Source of the DNA: Eledone cirrhosa
Taxonomy: Eukaryota
NCBI GenBank assembly: GCA_964016885.1
Contig: OZ024745.1
Location: forward strand, 4,712,001-4,776,000
Reading direction: 5' to 3'
Length of the DNA stretch: 64,000 bases
The translations under genes were made by a program, and so were the position numbers. The notes beneath the pieces are model-generated. The model was not told the origin of the DNA, made no database searches, and worked only from the letters and a program-made list of their open reading frames with translations. Shown piece after piece: positions 26,501 to 40,000 of the stretch (position 1 is the stretch's first letter; each line of letters opens with the position of its first letter).

Positions 26501-29500
26501 AGTGTAATTTAGACTTGAGTAATTTAGAGTAGTGTAATTTAGACTAATGTAATTTAGACTAGTGTAATTTCGACTAGTAATTTAGACTAGTGTAATTTAG
26601 ACTAATGTAATTTTGACTAGTAATTTAGACTAGTATTTTAGACTTGTGTAATTTAGACTAGTGTAATTTAGACTAGTAAATTAGACTAGTGTAATTTAGA
26701 CTAGTGTAATTTAAACTAGTGTAATTTAGACTAGTGTAATTTAGACTAGTGTAATTTAGACTAGGGTAATTTAGAATAGTGTAATTTAGACTAGTGTAAT
26801 TTAGACTACTAATTTAGACTAGTAATATAGAGTAGTGTAATTTAGACTAGTGTAATTTAGACTAGTATTTAGACCAGTGTAATTTAGACTAGTAAATTAG
26901 ACTAGTAATTTAGACTAGTGTAATTTAGACTAGTGTAATTTAGACAAGTGTAACTTAGACTAGTGTAAGTTGGACTAGTGATTTAGACTAGTGTAATTTA
27001 GATTAGTAATTTAGAGTAGTGTAATTGAGACTAGTGTAATTTAGACTAGTGTAATTTAGACTAGTAATTTAGACAAGTAATTTAGACTAGTGTAATTTAG
27101 ATTAGTAATTTAGAGTAGTGTAATTTAGACTAGTAATTTAGACTAGTGTACTTTGTACTAGTATAATTTAGACTAGTGTAATTTAGAGTAGTAATTTAGA
27201 CTAGGGTAATTTAGACTAGTGTAATTTAGACTAGTGTAATTTAGACTAGTGTAATTTAGACTAGTGTAATTTAGACTACTAATTTAGACTAGTGTAATTT
27301 AGACTAGTGTAATTTAGACTAGTGTAATTTAGACTAGTGTAATTTAGACTACCTATTTAGACTAGTAATATAGAGTAGTGTAATGTAGACTAGTGTAAAT
27401 TAGACTAGTAAATTAGACTAGTAATTTAGACTAGTGTAATTTAGACTAGTGTAATTTAAACTAGTGTAATTTAGACTAGTGTAGTTTAGACTAGTGTAAT
27501 TTAGACTAGTGTAATTTAGACTAGTGTAATTTAGACTAGGGTAATTAAGATTAGTGTAATTTAGACTAGTGTAATTTAGACTAGTGTAATTTAGACTACT
27601 AATTTAGACTAGTGTAATTTGAACTACTAATTTAGACTAGTGTAACTTAGACTAGTGTAACTTAGACTAGTGTAATTTAGACTAGAGTAATTTAGACTAC
27701 TAATTTAGACTAGTGTAATTAAGACTAGTGTAATTTGGACTAGTGTAACTTAGACTAGTGTAACTTAGACTAGTGTAATTTAGACTAGTGTAATTTAGAC
27801 TAGTGTAATTAAGAGTAGTGTAATTTAGCCTAGTGTAATTTAGACTAGTGTAATTTAGACTAGTAATTTAGACTAGTAATATAAACTAGTGTAATTTAGA
27901 CTACTAATTTAGACTAGTGTAATTTAGAGTAGTATAATTTAGACTAGTGTAATTTAGACTAGTGTAATTTAGACTAGTGTAAGTTAGACTACTAATTTAG
28001 ACTAGTGTAATGTAGACTAGTGTAATTTAGACTACTAATTTAGACTAGTGTAATTTAGAGTAGTGTAATTTAGACTAGAGTAATTTAGACTAGTGTAATT
28101 TAGACTAGCGTAATTTAGACTAATGTAATTTAGACTAGTGTAATTTAGACTACCAATTTAGACTAGTGTAATTTAGACTAGTGTAATTTAGACTAGTGTA
28201 ATTTAGACTACTAATTTAGACTAGAGTAATTTAGACTAGTGTAATTTAGACTAGTGTAATTTAAACTACTAATTTAGACTAGTGTAATTTAGACTAGAGC
28301 AATTTAGACTAGTGTAATTTAGACTAGTGTAATTTAGAATGTAATTTAGACTAGTGTAATTTGAACTACTAATTTAGACTAGTGTAATTTACACTAGTGT
28401 AATTTAGACTAGTGTAATTTAGACTACAGTAATTTAGACTACTAATTTAGACTAGTGTAATTTAGACTAGTGTAATTTAGACTAGTGTAACTTAGACTAG
28501 TGTAACTTAGACTAGTGTAATTTAGACTAGTGTAATTTAAACTAGTGTAATTAAGAGTAGTGTAATTTAGCCTAGTGTAATTTAGACTAGTGTAATTTAG
28601 ACTACTAATTTAGACTAGTGTAATTTAGACTAGTGTAATTTAGACTAGTGTAACTTAGACTAGTGTAACTTAGACTAGTGTAATTTAGACTAGTGTAATT
28701 TAGACTAGTGTAATTTAGACTAGTGTAATTTAGAGTACTAATTTAGACTAGTGTAATTTAGACTAGTGTAACTTAGACTAGTGTAATTTAGACTAGTGTA
28801 ATTAAGAGAAGTGTAATTTAGCCTAGTGTAATTTAGACTAGTGTAATTTAAACTACTAATTTAGACTAGTGTAATTTAGACTAGTGTAATTTAGACTAGT
28901 GTAATTTAGACTAGTGTAATTTAGATTACTAATTTAGACTAGTGTAATTTAGATTAGTGTAATTTAGACTAGTGTAATTTAGACTAGTGTAATTTAGACT
29001 AGTGTAATTTAGACTACTAATTTAGACTAGTGTAATTTAGAGCAGTGTAATTCAGACTAGTGTAATTTAGACTAGTGTAATTTAGACTAGTGTAATTTAG
29101 ACTAGTGTAATTTAGACTAGTGTAATTTACACTAGTGTAATTTAGACTAGTGTAATTTAGACTACTAATTTATACTAGTGTAATTTAGACTAGTGTAATT
29201 TAGACTAGTGTAATTTAGACTAGTGTAATTTAGACTAGTGTAATTTAGACTACTAATTTAGACTAGTGTAATTTAGAGTATTGTAATTTAGACTAGTGTA
29301 ATTTAGACTAGTGTAATTTAGACTACTAATTTAGACTAGTGTAATTTAGACTAGTGTAATTTAGACTAGTGTAATTTAAACTACTAATTTAGACTAGTGT
29401 AATTTAGACTAGTGCAATTTAGACTAGTGTAATTTAGACTAGTGTAATTTAGTCTAGTGTAATTTAGACTAGTGTAATTTAAACTACTAATTTAGACTAG

Positions 29501-31011
29501 TGTAATTTAGACTAGTAATTTAGACTAGTGTAATTTAGACTAGTGTAATTTAGACTAGTGTAACTTAGACTAGTGTAACTTAGACTAGTGTAATTTAGAC
29601 TAGTGTAATTTAGACTAGTGTAATTAAGAGTAGTGTAATTTAGACTAGTGTAATTTAGACTAGTGTAATTTAGACTAGTGTAATTTAGACTAGTGTAATT
29701 TAGACTACTAATTTAGACTCGTGTAATTTAGATTAGTGTAATTTAGACTAGTGTAATTTAGACTAGTGTAATTTAGACTAGTGTAATTTAGACTACTAAT
29801 TTAGACTAGTGTAATTTAGAGTAGTGTAATTTAGACTAGTGTAATTTATACTAGTGTAATTTAGACTACTAATTAAGACTAGTGTAATTTAGACTAGTGT
29901 AATTTAGATTAGTGTAATTTAGACTACTAATTTAGACTAGTGTAATTTAGACTAGTGTAATTTAGACTAGTGTAATTTAGACTAGTCTAATTTAGACTAG
30001 TGTAATTTAGACTAGTGTAATTTAGACTAGTGTAATTTAGACTAGTGTTATTTAGACTAGTGTAATTTAGACTAGTGTAATTTAGACTAGTGTAATTTAG
30101 ACTAGTGTAATTTAGACTAGTGTAATTTAAACTAGTGTAATTTAGACTAGTGTAATTTAAACTAGTGTAATTTAGACTAGTGTAATTTAGACTAGTGTAA
30201 TTTAGACTAGTGTAATTTAGACTAGTGTAATTTAGATTAGTGTAAGTTAGACTAGTGTAATTTAGACTACTAATTTAGACTAGTAATATAGAGTAGTGTA
30301 ATTTAGACTAGTGTAATTTAGACTAGTAATTTAGACTAGTGTAATTAGGCAGGTAAATTAGACTAGTAATTTAGACTAGTGTAATTTAGACAAGTGTAAT
30401 TTAGACTAGTGTAATTTGGACTAGTGATTTAGACTGGTGTAATTTAGACTAGTAATTTAGACTAGTGTAATTTAAAGTAGTAATTTAGACTAGTGTAATT
30501 TAGACTAGTAATTTAGACTAGTGTAATTTAGACTAGTAATATAAACTAGTTTAATTTAGACTAATAATTTAGACTAGTGTAATTTAGACTATCAATTTAC
30601 ACTAGTGTAATTTAGAGTAGTGTAATTTAGACTAGTGTAATTTAGAGTAGTGTAATTTAGACTAGCGTAATTTTGACTAGTGTAATTTAGACTAGTGTAA
30701 TTTAGACGAACGTAATTTAGACTAGTAATTTTGACTAGTAATTTACGCTAGTGTAATTTAGACTAGTGTAATTTTGACTAGTAATTTAGACTAGTAATTT
30801 AGATTTGTGTAATTTAGACTAGTGTAATTTAGACTAGTAATTTAGACTAGTGTAATTTAGACTAGTGTAATTTAGACTAGTGTAATTTAGACTAGTATAA
30901 TTTAGACTAATAATTTAGATTAGTAATTTAAACTAGTAATTTAGGCTATTGTAATTTAGACTAGTGTAATTTAGACTAGTGTGATTTAGACTAGTAATTT
31001 AGACTTGTGTA
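11520..31011. repeat. Satellite B: interspersed 15-bp (TAGTGTAATTTAGAC) and 13-bp (TAGTAATTTAGAC) units, roughly 1350 units by length
   Basis: Continuous array with ACTAGT in most units. It is rich in stop codons on both strands, and the ORF track is empty across 19.5 kb. Confidence 0.99.
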
Positions 31012-34000
31012 CAGTTGAGTGTCTTCAGTACCCTAGTAGTGTACATTTGAGAGTCTTCAGTACCCTACTAGTGTACAACTGTTTTCAGTACCCTAGTAGT
31101 GTACAGTTGAGTGTCTTCAGTACCCTAGTAGTGTACAAATGTCTTCAGTAACGTAGTAGTGTACAGTTGAGTGTCTTCAGTACCCTAGTAGTGTACAACT
31201 GTCTTCAGTACCCTAGTACTGTACAGTTGAGAGTCTTCAGTACCCTAGTAGTGTACAACTGTCTTCAGTACCCTAGTACTGTACAGTTGAGTGTCTTCAG
31301 TACCCTAGTAGTGTACAGTTGAGTGTCTTCAGTACCCTAGTAGTGTACAACTGTCTTCAGTACCCTAGTAGTGTACAGTTGAGAGTCTTCAGTACCCTAG
31401 TAGTGTACAACTGTCTTCAGTACCCTAGTACTGTACAGTTGAGTGTCTTCAGTACCCTAGTAGTGTACAGTTGAGTGTCTTCAGTACCCTAGTAGGGTAC
31501 AACTGTCTTCAGTACCCTAGTAGTGTACAGTTGAGTGTCTTCAGTACCCTAGTAGTGTACAACTGTCTTCAGTACCCTAGTAGTGTACAACTGTCTTCAG
31601 TACCCTAGTAGTGTACAGTTGAGAGTCTTCAGTATCCTAGTAGTGTACAACTGTCTTCAGTACCCTAGTAGTGTACAGTGGAGAGTCTTCAGTACCTTAG
31701 TAGTGTACAACTGTCTGCAGTACCCTAGTAGTGTACAGTTGAGAATCTTCAGTACCCTAGTAGTGTACAACTGTCTTCAGTACCCTAGTAGTGTACGGTA
31801 AGGTGTCTTCAGTACCCTAGTAGTGTACAGTTGAGAGTCTTCAGTACCCTAGTAGTGTACAACTGTCTGCAGTACCCTAGTAGTGTACAGTTGAGTGTCT
31901 TCAGTACCCTAGTAGTGTACAGTTGAGTGTCTTCAGTACCCTAGTAGTGTACAACTGTCTTCAGTACCCTAGTAGTGTACAGTTGAGTGTCTTCAGTACC
32001 CTAGTAGTGTACAACTGTCTTCAGTACCCTAGTAGTGTACAGTTGAGTGTCTTCAGTACCCTAGTAGTGTACAACTGTCTTCAGTACCCTAGTAGTGTAC
32101 AGTTGAGTCTTCAGTACCCTAGTAGTGTACAGTTGAGAGTCTTCAGTACCCTAGTAGTGTACAACTGTCTTCAGTACCCTAGTAGTGTGCAGTTGAGTGT
32201 CTTCAGTACCCTAGTAGTGTACAACTGTCTTCAGTACCCTAGTAGTGTACAGTTGAGTGTCTTCAGTACCCTGCTAGTGTACAACTGTCTGCAGTACCCT
32301 AGTAGTGTACAGTTGAGAGTCTTCAGTACCCTAGTAGTGTACAACTGTCTTCAGTATCCTAGTAGTGTACAGTTGAGTGTCTTCAGTACCCTAGTAGTGT
32401 AGAGTTGAGAGTCTTCAGTACCCTAGTAGTGTGCAGTTGAGTGTCTTCAGTACACTAGTAGTGTACAACTGTCTTCAGTACCCTAGTAGTGTACAGTTGA
32501 GTGTCTTCAGTACTCTAGTAGTGTACAACTGTCTTCAGTACCCTAGTAGTGTAAAGTTGAGAGTCTTCAGTACCCTAGTAGTGTACAGTTGAGTGTCTTC
32601 AGTACCCTAGTAGTGTACAACTGTCTTCAGTACCCTAGTAGTGTACAGTTGAGAGTCTTCAGTACCCTAGTAGTGTACAGTTGAGAGTCTTCAGTACCCT
32701 AGTAGTGTACAACTGTCTTCAGCACCCTAGTAGTGTACAGTTGAGTGTGTTCAGTACCCTAGTAGTGTACAGTTGAGAGTCTTCGGTATCCTAGTAGTGT
32801 ACAACTGTCTTCAGTACCCTAGTAGTATACAGTTGAGTGTCTTCAGTACCCTAGTAGTGTACAGTTGAGAGTCTTCAGTACCCTAGTAGTGTACAACTGT
32901 CTTCAGTACCCTAGTAGTGTACAGTTGAGAGTCTTCAGTACGCTAGTAGTGTACAACTGTCTTCAGTATCCTAGTAGTGTACAGTTGAGAGTCTTCAGTA
33001 CCCTAGTAGTGTACAACTGTCTTTAGTACCCTAGTAGTGTACAGTTGAGAGTCTTCAGTACCCTAGTAGTGTACAGTTGAGTGTCTTCAGTACCCTAGTA
33101 GTGTACAACTGTCTTCAGTACCCTAGTAGTGTGCAACTGTCTTCAGTACCCTAGTAGTGTACAGTTGAGAGTCTTCAGTACCCTAGTAGTGTACAGCTGA
33201 GAGTCTTCAGTACCCTAGTAGTGTACAACTGTCTTCAGTACCCTAGTAGTGTACAGTTGAGTCTTCAGTACCCTAGTAGTGTACAGTTAGGTGTCTCCAG
33301 TACCCTAGTAGTGTACAGTTGAGTGTCTTCAGTACCCTAGTAGTGTACAACTGTCTTCAGTGTACCCTAGTAGTGTACAGTTGAGAGTCTTCAGTACCCT
33401 AGTACTGTACAACTGAGAGTCTTCAGTACCCTAGTAGTGTACAACTGTCTTCAGTATCCTAGTAGTGTACAGTTGAGAGTCCTCAGTACCCTAGTACTGT
33501 ACAGTTGAGTGTCTTCAGTACCCTAGTAGTGTACAACTGTCTTCAGTACCCTAGTAGTGTACAACTGTCTTCAGTATCCTAGTAGTGTACAGTTGAGAGT
33601 CCTCAGTACCCTAGTACTGTACAGTTGAGAGTCTTCAGTACCCTAGTAGTGTACAACTGTCTTCAGTATCCTAGTAGTGTACAGTTGAGTGTCTTCAGTA
33701 CCCTAGTAGTGTAGAGTTGAGAGTCTTCAGTACCCTAGTAGTGTACAGTTGAGTGTCTTCAGTACCCTAGTAGTGTACAACTGTCTTCAGTACCCTAGTA
33801 GTGTACAGTTGAGTGTCTTCAGTACTCTAGTAGTGTACAACTGTCTTCAGTACCCTAGTAGTGTACAGTTGAGTGTCTTCAGTACCCTATTAGTGTACAA
33901 CTGTCTTCAGTACCCTAGTAGTGTACAGTTGAGAGTCTTCAGTACCCTAGTAGTGTACAGTTGAGAGTCTTCAGTACCCTAGTAGTGTACAACTGTCTTC

Positions 34001-37000
34001 AGTACCCTAGTAGTGTACAGTTGAGTGTCTTCAGTACCCTAGTAGTGTACAGTTGAGAGTCTTCGGTACCCTAGTAGTGTACAACTGTCTTCAGTACCCT
34101 AGTAGTGTACAGTTGAGTGTCTTCAGTACCCTAGTAGTGTACAGTTGAGAGTCTTCAGTACCCTAGTAGTGTACAACTGTCTTCAGTATACTAGTAGTGT
34201 ACAGTTGAAAGTCTTCAGTACCCTAGTAGTGTACAACTGTCTTTAGTACCCTAGTAGTGTACAGTTGAGTGTCTTCAGTACCCTAGTAGTGTACAGTTGA
34301 GAGTCTTCAGTACCCTAGTAGTGTCAAGTTGAGAGTCTTCAGTACCCTAGTAGTGTACAGTTAGGTGTCTTCAGTACCCTAGTAGTGTACAGTTGAGTGT
34401 CTTCAGTACCCTAGTAGTGTACAACTGTCTTTAGTACCCTAGTAGTGTACAGTTGAGTGTCTTCAGTACCCTAGTAGTGTACAGTTGAGAGTCTGCAGTA
34501 CCCTAGTAGTGTACATTTGAGAGTCTTCAGTACCCTAGTAGTGTACAACTGTCTTCAGTACCCTAATAGTGTACAGTTGAGAGTCTTCAGTACCCTAGTA
34601 GTGTACAGTTGAGTGTCTTCAGTACCCTAGTAGTGTACAACTGTCTTCAGTACCCTAGTAGTGTACAGTTGAGAGTCTTCAGTACCCTAGTAGTTTACAG
34701 TTGAGTGTCTTCAGTACCCTAGTAGTGTACAACTGTCTTCAGTACCCTAGTAGTGTACAGTTGAGAGTCTTCAGTACCCTAGTAGTGTACAGCTGAGAGT
34801 CTTCAGTACCCTAGTAGTGTACAACTGTCTTCAGTATCCTAGTAGTGTACAGTTGAGAGTCTTCAGTAACCTAGTAGTGTACAGTTGAGTGTCTTCAGTA
34901 CCCTAGTAGTGTACAACTGTCTTCAGTACCTTAGTAGTGTACAACTGTCTTCAGTACCTTAGTAGTGTACAACTGTCTTCAGTACCCTAGTAGTGTACAA
35001 CTGTCTTCAGTACCTTAGTAGTGTACAACTGTCTTCAGTACCCTAGTAGTGTACAGTTGAGAGTCTTCAGTACCCTAGTAGTGTACAGTTAAGAGTTTTC
35101 AGTACCCTAGTAGTGTACAACTGTCTTCAGTGCCCTAGTAGTGTACAGTTGAGAGTCTTCAGTACCCTAGTAGTGTACAGTTGAGTGTCTTCAGTACCCT
35201 AGTAGTGTACAGTTGAGTGTCTTCAGTACCCTAGTAGTGTACAACTGTCTTCAGTACCCTAGTAGTGTACAGTTGAGTGTCTTCAGTACCCTAGTAGTGT
35301 ACAACTGTCTTCAGTACCCTAGTAGTGTACAACTGTCTTCAGTACCCTAGTAGTGTACAGTTGAGAGTCTTCAGTACCCTAGTAGTGTACAACTGTCTTC
35401 AGTACCCTAGTAGTGTACAGTTGAGTGTCTTCAGTACCCTAGTAGTGTACAACTGTCTTCAGTACCCTAGTAGTGTACAACTGTCTTCAGTGCCCTAGTA
35501 GTGTACAGTTGAGAGTCTTCAGTACCATAGTAGTGTACAGTTGAGTGTCTTCAGTACCCTAGTAGTGTACAGTTGAGTGTCTTCAGTACCCTAGTAGTGT
35601 ACAACTGTCTTCAGTACCCCAGTAGTGTACAGTTGAGAGTCTTCAGTATCCTAGTATTGTACAACTGTCTTCAGTACCCTAGTAGTGTACAGTTGAGAGT
35701 CTTCAGTACCTTAGTAGTGTACAACTGTCTGCAGTACCCTAGTAGTGTACAGTTGAGAATCTTCAGTACCCTAGTAGTGTACAACTGTCTTCAGTACCCT
35801 AGTAGTGTACAACTGTCTTCAGTACCCTAGTAGTGTACAACTGTCTTCAGTACCCTAGTAGTGTACGGTAAGGTGTCTTCAGTACCCTAGTAGTGTACAG
35901 TTGAGAGTCTTCAGTACCCTAGTAGTGTACAACTGTCTGCAGTACCCTAGTAGTGTACAGTTGCGAGTCTTCAGTACCCTAGTAGTGTACAACTGTCTTC
36001 AGTACCCTAGTAGTGTACAACTGTCTTCAGTACCCTAGTAGTGTACAGTTGAGTGTCTTCAGTACCCTAGTAGTGTACAGTTGAGAGTCTTCAGTACCCT
36101 AGTAGTGTACAACTGTCTTCAGTACCCTAGTAGTGTACAACTGTCTTCAGCACCCTAGTAGTGTACAATTGAGTGTCTTCAGTACCCTAGTAGTGTACAG
36201 TTGAGAGTCTTCAGTACCCTAGTAGTGTACAACTGTCTTCAGTATCCTAGTAGTGTACAGTTGAGAGTCTTCAGTACCCTAGTAGTGTACAACTGTCTTT
36301 AGTACCCTAGTAGTGTACAGTTGAGTGTCTTCAGTACCCTAGTAGTGTACAGTTGAGAGTCTTCAGTACCCTAGTAGTGTACAACTGTCTTCAGTACCCT
36401 AGTAGTGTACAGTTGAGTGTCTTCAGTACACTAGTAGTGTACAGTTGAGTGTCTTCAGTACCCTAGTAGTGTACAGTTGAGTGTCTTCAGTACCCTAGTA
36501 GTGTACAGTTGAGAGTCTTCAGTACCCTAATAGTGTACAACTGTCTTCAGTACCCTAGTAGTGTACAGTTGAGTGTCTTCAGTACCCTAGTAGTGTACAG
36601 TTGAGTGTCTTCAGTACCCTAGTAGTGTATAGTTGAGTGTCTTCAGTACCCTAGTAGTGTACAGTTGAGAGTCTTCAGTACCCTAGTAGTGTACAACTGT
36701 CTTCAGTACCATAGTAGTGTACAGTTGAGTGTCTTCAGTACCCTAGTAGTGTACAGTTGAGTGTCTTCAGTACCCTAGTAGTGTACAGTTGAGTGTCTTC
36801 AGTACCCTAGTAGTGTACAGTTGAGAGTCTTCAGTACCCTAATAGTGTACAACTGTCTTCAGTACCCTAGTAGTGTACAGTTGAGTGTCTTCAGTACCCT
36901 AGTAGTGTACAGTTGAGTGTCTTCAGTACCCTAGTAGTGTACAGTTGAGTGTCTTCAGTACCCTAGTAGTGTACAGTTGAGAGTCTTCAGTACCCTAGTA

Positions 37001-40000
37001 GTGTACAACTGTCTTCAGTACCCTAGTAGTGTACAACTGTCTTCAGTACCCTAGTAGTGTACAACTGTCTTCAGTACCCTAGTAGTGTACAGTTGAGTCT
37101 TCAGTACCCTAGTAGTGTACAACTGTCTTTAGTACCCTAGTAGTGTACAGTTGAGAGTCTTCAGTACCCTAGTAGTTTACAGTTGAGTGTCTTCAGTACC
37201 CTAGTAGTGTACAACTGTCTTCAGTACCCTAGTAGTGTAGAGTTGAGAGTCTTCAGTACCCTAGTAGTGTACAGTTGAGAGTCTTCAGTACCCTAGTAGT
37301 GTACAACTGTCTTCAGTACCCTAGTAGTGTACAGTTGAGAGTCTTCAGTACCCTAGTAGTGTACAGTTAGGTGTCTTCAGTACCCTAGTAGTGTACAACT
37401 GTCTTCAGTATCCTAGTAGTGTACAGTTGAGTGTCTTCAGTACCGTAGTAGTGTACAACTGTCTTCAGTACCCTAGTAGTGTACAGTTGAGAGTCTTCAG
37501 TACCCTAGTACTGTACAGCTGAGAGTCTTCAGTACCCTAGTAGTGTACAACTGTCTTCAGTATCCTAGTAGTGTACAGTTGAGAGTCCTCAGTACCCTAG
37601 TAGTGTACAGTTGAGAGTCTTCAGTACCCTAGTACTGTACAGCTGAGAGTCTTCAGTACCCTAGTAGTGTACAACTGTCTTCAGTATCCTAGTAGTGTAC
37701 AGTTGAGAGTCCTCAGTACCCTAGTAGTGTACAGTTGAGAGTCTTCAGTACCCTAGTACTGTACAGCTGAGAGTCTTCAGTACCCTAGTAGTGTACAACT
37801 GTCTTCAGTACCCTAGTAGTGTACAGTTGAGAGTTTTCAGTACCCTAGTACTGTACAACTGTCTTCAGTATCCTAGTAGTGTAGAGTTGAGAGTCTTCAG
37901 TACCCTAGTAGTGTACAGTTGAGTGTCTTCAGTACCCTAGTAGTGTACAGTTGAGAGTCTTCAGTACCCTAGTAGTGTACAACTGTCTTCAGTACCCTAG
38001 TAGTGTACAGTTGAGTGTCTTCAGTACCCTAGTAGTGTACAGTTGAGAGTCTTCGGTACCCTAGTAGTGTACAACTGTCTTCAGTACCCTAGTAGTGTAC
38101 AGTTGAGTGTCTTCAGTACCCTAGTAGTGTACAGTTGAGAGTCTTCAGTACCCTAGTAGTGTACAACTGTCTTCAGTACCCTAGTAGTGTACAGTTGAGT
38201 GTCTTCAGTACCCTAGTAGTGTACAGTTGAGAGTCTTCAGTACCCTAGTAGTGTACAACTGTATTCAGTATCCTAGTAGTGTACAGTTGAGAGTCTTCAG
38301 TACCCTAGTAGTGTACAACTGTCTTTAGTACAATAGTAGTGTACAGTTGAGTGTCTTCAGTACCCTAGTAGTGTACAGTTGAGAGTCTTCAGTACCCTAG
38401 TAGTGTACAGTTGAGAGTCTTCAGTACCCTAGTAGTGTACAGTTAGGTGTCTTCAGTACCCTAGTAGTGTATAGTTGAGTGTCTTCAGTACCCTAGTAGT
38501 GTACAACTGTCTTTAGTACCCTAGTAGTGTACAGTTGAGTGTCTTCAGTACCCTAGTAGTGTACAGTTGAGTGTCTGCAGTACCCTAGTAGTGTACAGTT
38601 GAGTGTCTTCAGTACCCTAGTAGTGTACAGTTGAGTGTCTTCAGTACCCTAGTAGTGTACAGTTGAGAGTCTGCAGTACCCTAGTAGTGTACAGTTAAGA
38701 GTTTTCAGTACCCTAGTAGTGTACAGTTGAGTGTCTCCAGTACCCCAGTAGTGTACAACTGTCTTCAGTGCCCTAGTAGTGTACAGTTGAGAGTCTTCAG
38801 TACCCTAGTAGTGTACAGTTGAGTGTCTTCAGTACCCTAGTAGTGTACAGTTGAGTGTCTTCAGTACCCCAGTAGTGTACAACTGTCTTCAGTACCCTAG
38901 GAGTGTACAACTGTCTTCAGTACCCTAGTAGTGTACAGTTGAGAGTTTTCAGTACCCTAGTAGTGTACAACTGTCTTCAGTACCCTAGTAGTGTACAGTT
39001 GAGAGTCTTCAGTATCCTAGTAGTGTACAACTGTCTGCAGTACCCTAGTAGTGTACAGTTGAGAATCTTCAGTACCCTAGTAGTGTACAACTGTCTTCAG
39101 TACCCTAGTAGTGTACAGTTGAGAATCTTCAGTACCCTAGTAGTGTACAACTGTCTTCAGTACCCTAGTAGTGTACAGTTAAGAGTCTTCAGTACCCTAG
39201 TAGTGTACAACTGTCTTCAGTACCCTAGTAGTGTACAGTTGAGAATCTTCAGTACCCTAGTAGTGTACAACTGTCTTCAGTACCCTAGTAGTGTACAACT
39301 GTCTTCAGTACCCTAGTAGTGTACAACTGTCTTCAGTACCCTAGTAGTGTACAGTTGAGTTTCTTCAGTACCCTAGTAGTGTACAGTTGAGAGTTTTCAG
39401 TACCCTAGTAGTGTACAACTGTCTTCAGTACCCTAGTAGTGTACAACTGTCTTCAGTACCCTAGTAGTGTACAGTTGAGTGTCTTCAGTACCCTAGTAGT
39501 GTACAGTTGAGAGTCTTCAGTATCCTAGTAGTGTACAGTTGAGAGTCTTCAGTACCCTAGTAGTGTACAACTGTCTTCAGTACCCTAGTAGTGTACAACT
39601 GTCTTCAGTACCCTAGTAGTGTACAGTTGAGAGTCTTCAGTACTCTAGTAGTGTACAGTTGAGTGTCTTCAGTACCCTAGTAGTGTACAACTGTCTTCAG
39701 TACCCTAGTAGTGTACAGTTGAGAGTCTTCAGTACCCTAGTAGTGTACAACTGTCTTCAGTACCCTAGTAGTGTACAACTGTCTTCAGTACCCTAGTAGT
39801 GTACAGTTGAGAGTCTTCAGTACCCTAGTAGTGTACAGTTGAGTGTCTTCAGTACCCTAGTAGTGTACAACTGTCTTCAGTACCCTAGTAGTGTACAACT
39901 GTCTTCAGTACCCTAGTAGTGTACAACTGTCTTCAGTACCCTAGTAGTGTACAGTTGAGAGTCTTCAGTACCCTAGTAGTGTACAGTTGAGTGTCTTCAG

